Below, in pieces: positions 59,952-64,000 of a stretch of 64,000 nt of DNA; the stretch's first letter is position 1; each line of letters begins with the position of its first letter. The DNA is from an uncultured Verrucomicrobiae bacterium (GTDB taxonomy: Bacteria > Verrucomicrobiota > Verrucomicrobiia > Limisphaerales > Palsa-1400). The stretch spans positions 64,001 through 128,000 of the forward strand of contig CAVXRD010000003.1 in assembly GCA_963764165.1 (NCBI GenBank). The letters run 5' to 3'. Both the position numbers and the translations under genes were made by a program. The notes under the pieces were generated by a model, which saw only the letters and a list, made by a program, of their open reading frames with translations, did no database searches and was not told where the DNA came from.

Positions 59952-60536
59952 ATGGAGACAGATTGGGAAGCCCGCTATCAAACCCGCGACATGCCTTGGG
60001 AAAAAGGCGAACCCTCGCCCGGCCTGGTGGATTTTTTGGCGGCGCATCCTGAATTGCCGCGCGGAACTGTCCTCGTCCCCGGCGGCGGCAGCGGACACGA
60101 CGCATGCGCATGGGCCGCTGCGGGTTTCAAGGTAACGGGGTGCGACATTGCGCCGAGCGCCGTCCGCTTGTCCACTGAGCGGGCCTCGGCCGCAGGATTG
60201 CCCGCCGAGTTTATATTGGGTGATTTTCTGGCGGATGCCGCGCCCGGCCCGTTCGATTGGATTTTTGAGCACACACTTTTTTGCGCAATTGATCCGGCGC
60301 GGCGTGAGGATTATGTAAAGGCGGTCATCCGGCGGCTGCCGCCAGGCGGGAATTATTTGGCGGTCAATTATTTTATTCCGGACACGGACGGTCCGCCATT
60401 TGGCGCAAACCGCGAGGAAATAGAGGGGCGATTCAGCCCCCACTTTGATTTGCTGTCGGACTGGGTGCCGCGCTCGTATCCGAATCGAACCGGATTGGAG
60501 CGCATGTTTTGGTGGCGTTTGAAGGCACCTGCATAA
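59952..60536 (+). CDS. TPMT-family SAM-dependent methyltransferase (thiol/halide methyltransferase-like)
   Basis: W..RY.....PW, VLVPG.G.GHD, FEHT.FCAI.P..R..Y, GPPF. Confidence 0.88.
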   Translation: METDWEARYQTRDMPWEKGEPSPGLVDFLAAHPELPRGTVLVPGGGSGHDACAWAAAGFKVTGCDIAPSAVRLSTERASAAGLPAEFILGDFLADAAPGPFDWIFEHTLFCAIDPARREDYVKAVIRRLPPGGNYLAVNYFIPDTDGPPFGANREEIEGRFSPHFDLLSDWVPRSYPNRTGLERMFWWRLKAPA

Positions 60537-60586
60537 GACGGAGGATGTGGGTCAGGGAATTGGCTCGGCAGGAGCCACGGCGCCAT

Positions 60587-61372
60587 TCACCGTTCGGATA
60601 TGCCGTTCAGAAACGTCTGCAATCCATCCGCCACACCGTGGCCGCGCGGCAGTTTGCTCACATGGCCGTTCTGGGAGCGCACCGCTGCTTTGACAGCATC
60701 GACACCGTTATCGGGAGCGGCCAGGTAGTGGGCGTATTTCCGCGAAAGCATCGGCAAGTCATTGAGGTGATCGCCCGCTGCAAACGTGCATTCTGGCGAA
60801 ACTCCGATCTGCCGCGCCAGCTCTGCCAGCGCCGTGCCCTTGTTAAAAGCCTCGTGGCAAAAGCGCGCGTAGACATCGTTGCGCATGATGTCCAACTGCG
60901 GAATCCCCCGGCAATACGCAGTCAAGTATTCGTAAATGACGTCGGCGTCCTCGTTGCGCTCGGCAATCAGGCAGAATGGCGAATAAATGTCCTCAAAAAT
61001 CATCGCCGCAAATCTCTCCTCAACCCACTTCTTCAAGCGCGGAACGTCCTGGCGGACGCGCTTGAACAGTTGCGCGTGGGCTTCGGAGCAGGAGCGGTTC
61101 CACGCCTTGTCCTCGACGTATTCCGCATCGCGGTGATGATAAATTTCGCGCTCCACCACTACCAGGTAGTCCGGTTTGACGGTCAGGTGCGAACGGCCAA
61201 GTATCTCCATCAGGCTCGAAAGATCCCGGCCGGTGTTGATGACCCATTTTGCGCCGCGCGCCTGGAGGTCGCCGATGATGCTTTGCAGCACCATCGGGAT
61301 GGGCGGCTTCTCGAACTCCGAAAACAGCGTGCCATCGAAATCCGTCGAAATAAGCTTTATGGGCAAATCCAT
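60587..61372 (-). CDS. HAD-superfamily hydrolase, subfamily IIB
   Basis: DFDGT, NTGR, NKG, GDHLND. Confidence 0.9.
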   Translation of the reverse strand: MDLPIKLISTDFDGTLFSEFEKPPIPMVLQSIIGDLQARGAKWVINTGRDLSSLMEILGRSHLTVKPDYLVVVEREIYHHRDAEYVEDKAWNRSCSEAHAQLFKRVRQDVPRLKKWVEERFAAMIFEDIYSPFCLIAERNEDADVIYEYLTAYCRGIPQLDIMRNDVYARFCHEAFNKGTALAELARQIGVSPECTFAAGDHLNDLPMLSRKYAHYLAAPDNGVDAVKAAVRSQNGHVSKLPRGHGVADGLQTFLNGISER

Positions 61373-61464
61373 TCTCAAATCTACCCGCGAATCGGGCGGG
61401 AATCTAATTGAAAATCTGGATTGGATAAGATGGCGTCACCGGCGTAAAGTAGTGGCGACGCAGC

Positions 61465-61917
61465 ATGATGCAAAGCCTTCAAGATCAATTCGACGAAGCG
61501 ATGTTTGAGTTCAGCACCGGCAATTGCGACGGGGCGATCGAGCGCCTTCGCGCCATTCTCGCGGAAGACCCGAATTATTTTGACGCCCAGCTTTCGCTTG
61601 GCGGCGCGTATTACGCCAAGGGCGATTACACGATGGCCATCGCCGAGGGGCACAAGGCCGAGAAAATGAAGCCGCACGATCAATTGGTGCATACCAATTT
61701 ATCCCGCGCTTACATGAAAACCGGGGACAAAACGACCGCCGAGCATCACGGCTTGCAGGCGCGCATCGCCTCGTGGCGTGGCAATATGGCCCCGCCCGGA
61801 AATGCGCCCAAACCTGAGTCCGAACTGGAAATGGCGAAACCTCCGCTTCCGCCAGCTTCAACGCCGCCAATGAAAGTGCCCGATAAATTTCCCGACATGC
61901 CGTGGAAGAAAAAGTAA
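61465..61917 (+). CDS. TPR protein
   Basis: DPNYFDAQLSLG..Y, HTNLS..Y; Pro-rich tail. Confidence 0.8.
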   Translation: MMQSLQDQFDEAMFEFSTGNCDGAIERLRAILAEDPNYFDAQLSLGGAYYAKGDYTMAIAEGHKAEKMKPHDQLVHTNLSRAYMKTGDKTTAEHHGLQARIASWRGNMAPPGNAPKPESELEMAKPPLPPASTPPMKVPDKFPDMPWKKK

Positions 61918-61921
61918 CCTT

Positions 61922-62201
61922 ATGAAATCCGCCTACGAACTCGCCATGGAGCGATTGAACAAAGCCGCGCCCGCCCAAAAAGTCTCGGACGACCAAAAGA
62001 AGCAGCTCGCCGAACTCGATTCCAAATACGCCGCCAAAATTGCCGAGCGCGAAATATTTCCTGAAAGACCAGCTCGTCGCCGCCGCCGGCAAGGGTGATT
62101 ACGAAGCGATGGCGCAGTTGGAAAAGCAATTGCTCAGCGAACGGAAATCGCTCACCGCGGAAATGGAGGAGAAAAAGGAAAAAATCCGCCAGGGTGCGTA
62201 A
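61922..62201 (+). CDS. Small coiled-coil protein with a 1-nt frameshift near 62057-62061 (absent from the ORF track)
   Basis: MKSAYELAMERL..KIAEREIF. Removing one base continues LKDQLVAAAGKGDYEAMAQLEKQLLSERKSLTAEMEEKKEKIRQGA*. Confidence 0.75.
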
Positions 62202-63117
62202 CGCTGAATCAAGACTTGATGGTGGGGACGCCTCGCCGAGGCGTCCGGTTGCGCACGATTTACGCATCGACCCGGACGCCTCGGCGAGGCGTCCCTACCT
62301 TCGCCGCTTCGCTCCGAAATTCATTCTCGGCGTTTTTCTTGCGCTGAGCGCCGCAGTCATCGCTCGTGCCGAAGAAAAATCGCCCTGGTCGCGAATGGTC
62401 GTGATCGGCGCGAGCGTTTCCCATGGGTTTACCGTGAGCGAACCGCTTGCAGCCGGGCCGATTACCACGGAATTGTCGCTTGATCGTTATCTGAACGCCG
62501 CGCTGCTTGCGCCGCACGATCCGCCCGTCAATTTGGCCAACGCGATGTTCTTCATGATGCCGGACGACATCGCGCATACGCAGGTTCGCAACGCGCTGAC
62601 CAACAATCCCACGCTGGTTGTCGGCATCGATTTTCTATTTTGGTTTTGCTATGGCCATGGCGCAACAGACGAAGATCGAATCACTCATTTCGAGAAGGGA
62701 TTGAATTTGCTGGAGTCGTTTCAATGTCCGGTCATGGTCGGAGACATTCCTGATGCGGCCGCGGCGGTGGGCCGCATGCTCAACCCGCGTGAAGTTGCCG
62801 GCCCGAAAGCCCGCGCCGCCGCCAATCGCAGGCTGGCCGAATGGGCCGCATTGCACAAAAATGTGACGGTGGTGCCAGTCTCCGAATTTATGAGGAAGCT
62901 CGCGGCGAACGAATCAATCCAACTGCACGGGCGCATTCTGCCCGCGGGCACAACCCATGCGTTGATGCAGGAGGATCGGCTGCACACCAACCAGCGCGGG
63001 TGCGCCGCCCTCGCCGTCTCCATATTTGACGAATTTATCGAGGCCCAATATCCGCGGCATTTCGCGGACATTTTGACAGACCCGGCGGAAGTATTAGAGC
63101 GGGTGCGGAAGCATTAA
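62194..63117 (+). CDS. SGNH/GDSL-like hydrolase, exported
   Basis: Block I-like VIGASVSHG; DxxH motif (DRLH); signal-like FILGVFLALSAAVIARA; GTG start overlapping the upstream stop. Confidence 0.7.
   Translation: MRNAESRLDGGDASPRRPVAHDLRIDPDASARRPYLRRFAPKFILGVFLALSAAVIARAEEKSPWSRMVVIGASVSHGFTVSEPLAAGPITTELSLDRYLNAALLAPHDPPVNLANAMFFMMPDDIAHTQVRNALTNNPTLVVGIDFLFWFCYGHGATDEDRITHFEKGLNLLESFQCPVMVGDIPDAAAAVGRMLNPREVAGPKARAAANRRLAEWAALHKNVTVVPVSEFMRKLAANESIQLHGRILPAGTTHALMQEDRLHTNQRGCAALAVSIFDEFIEAQYPRHFADILTDPAEVLERVRKH
62221..62299. repeat. REP doublet, family A, in frame within the SGNH gene
   Basis: GGTGGGGACGCCTCGCCGAGGCGTCCGG..CCGGACGCCTCGGCGAGGCGTCCCTACC. Confidence 0.9.
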
Positions 63118-63118
63118 C

Positions 63119-64000
63119 CTAGTCGACCCTGCACAGCCATCCCAGCGCCGCCCACGAGCGAAACCACTCCTGGATTTTTGCGCCGAGAGCGGCAGGATCG
63201 CCTTCCACCGCCCCTAATTGCTGGCAGGCGCCGGCCACGGTCGATTTTGAGCGGAATGCGGACAGGACGGTGAAGGCGCCTTGCTCGAGACGCTTGTAAT
63301 AAACCGTGTCGTTGTGCCGGTGAACGGCGAGAAAAATTTTGCCGGCCTTCAATTTATTTTTCAGCCGCCGCGAAGTTGACCCGGGTCGCGAGGCCATGGC
63401 GTTGCTGGCTTCATCGCGCAAGCGGTCGGCCTGCTTGAGTTGCACCAGAAATTCGTCCACCGGATATGTCAAATCGAGCAGGCTCAAGTGAGGCTGCAAT
63501 TGCAATTGCGTACGCTCGGGATTGATTTCCAACAGCGAATCCGTCGTCATCATCGGCTTGGCCTCGTTGTCGAAAGCTTCCACTTGCGCCCATTCGAGCC
63601 TCACCATGTCCAGCGCGAGCGCTTTGTGAGAGGCGATCCATTTTGGCTCGTCGCGGAGAAATTTCAAAAGGCGGCCGCCAAGATTTCGCAAGCTGTAAGA
63701 TGCAGACGGATACTTGGTCAAATAAGCCTCGGCCAGCGCTGCAAAGGCAGTATCGCCGAGCACCGCGCGCAATCCGGGATAATCGTCGTAAAAACAATCG
63801 CGCAGGCGAAACCAATATTGCCGATTGTAAATCTCCAACCGCTCGAACGCCGTCAGCCGGTCGTTGGGCTTGATGAAACTGGCGGCGACTTTCGCCATCG
63901 CCTTGCCGTCGTGCCAGCGTTTTTGCATTTCGTCGCCTGCGGTGAGAGGGCGCATCACGGCGCTCGCCATCAGCCGCTGCAATTCCAGGAATTCCTGGCG
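63119..64000 (-). CDS. DUF2063 (HvfC/BufC-like) protein, 5' truncated by window edge
   Basis: LQR.MA.AV, ERLEIY...Y..RL...F.DDYP.L..VLG...F..L...Y...YPS....L..LG, DM.RLEWA; frame is open to nt 64000. Confidence 0.85.
   Translation of the reverse strand, partial: RQEFLELQRLMASAVMRPLTAGDEMQKRWHDGKAMAKVAASFIKPNDRLTAFERLEIYNRQYWFRLRDCFYDDYPGLRAVLGDTAFAALAEAYLTKYPSASYSLRNLGGRLLKFLRDEPKWIASHKALALDMVRLEWAQVEAFDNEAKPMMTTDSLLEINPERTQLQLQPHLSLLDLTYPVDEFLVQLKQADRLRDEASNAMASRPGSTSRRLKNKLKAGKIFLAVHRHNDTVYYKRLEQGAFTVLSAFRSKSTVAGACQQLGAVEGDPAALGAKIQEWFRSWAALGWLCRVD

Noticed and set aside
9183..62299. Repeats as a CRISPR array
   Set aside because: Copies are dispersed inverted doublets, not direct repeats with unique spacers, and no cas genes are present.

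Overview
A GC-rich bacterial chromosomal segment, most likely from a Verrucomicrobiota (Pedosphaera-like) genome. This is inferred from gene content such as the lamin-tail/CotH surface protein, DUF5069 and tandem Tat-exported Gfo/Idh/MocA enzymes. About 57 protein genes and one tRNA-Arg(CCG) are supported. Most are housekeeping (pfp, ubiX, rdgB, grpE-dnaJ-rsmE, an mlaEFD-like ABC system, transketolase, rph, photolyase, rpsP-khpA-trmD-rplS, dsbD, purE, lolE/lolD) or envelope and secreted proteins. No CRISPR array, prophage, integrase or intact IS transposase is visible. The most unusual signal is non-coding: nearly every intergenic gap over ~150 bp holds palindromic mini-elements from several families, often nested. 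These include a 264-bp MITE with 19-bp terminal inverted repeats and a perfect 9-bp target duplication, inserted inside a second element with perfect 32-bp inverted repeats. There are also two GTAG-type REP-doublet families, two copies of which lie in frame in the N-termini of exported proteins, and many 8-10-bp-period arrays arranged as inverted pairs. Other points of interest are a secreted protein with two cyclophilin domains, an Rpn/DUF4351 gene with a candidate internal start, a VapBC pair, a DUF2063 gene cut by the right edge (possible DUF692/RiPP locus), repeated signs of leaderless promoters, and two single-base frameshifts that are probably sequencing errors. All family calls come from motif recognition by eye, with no database search.
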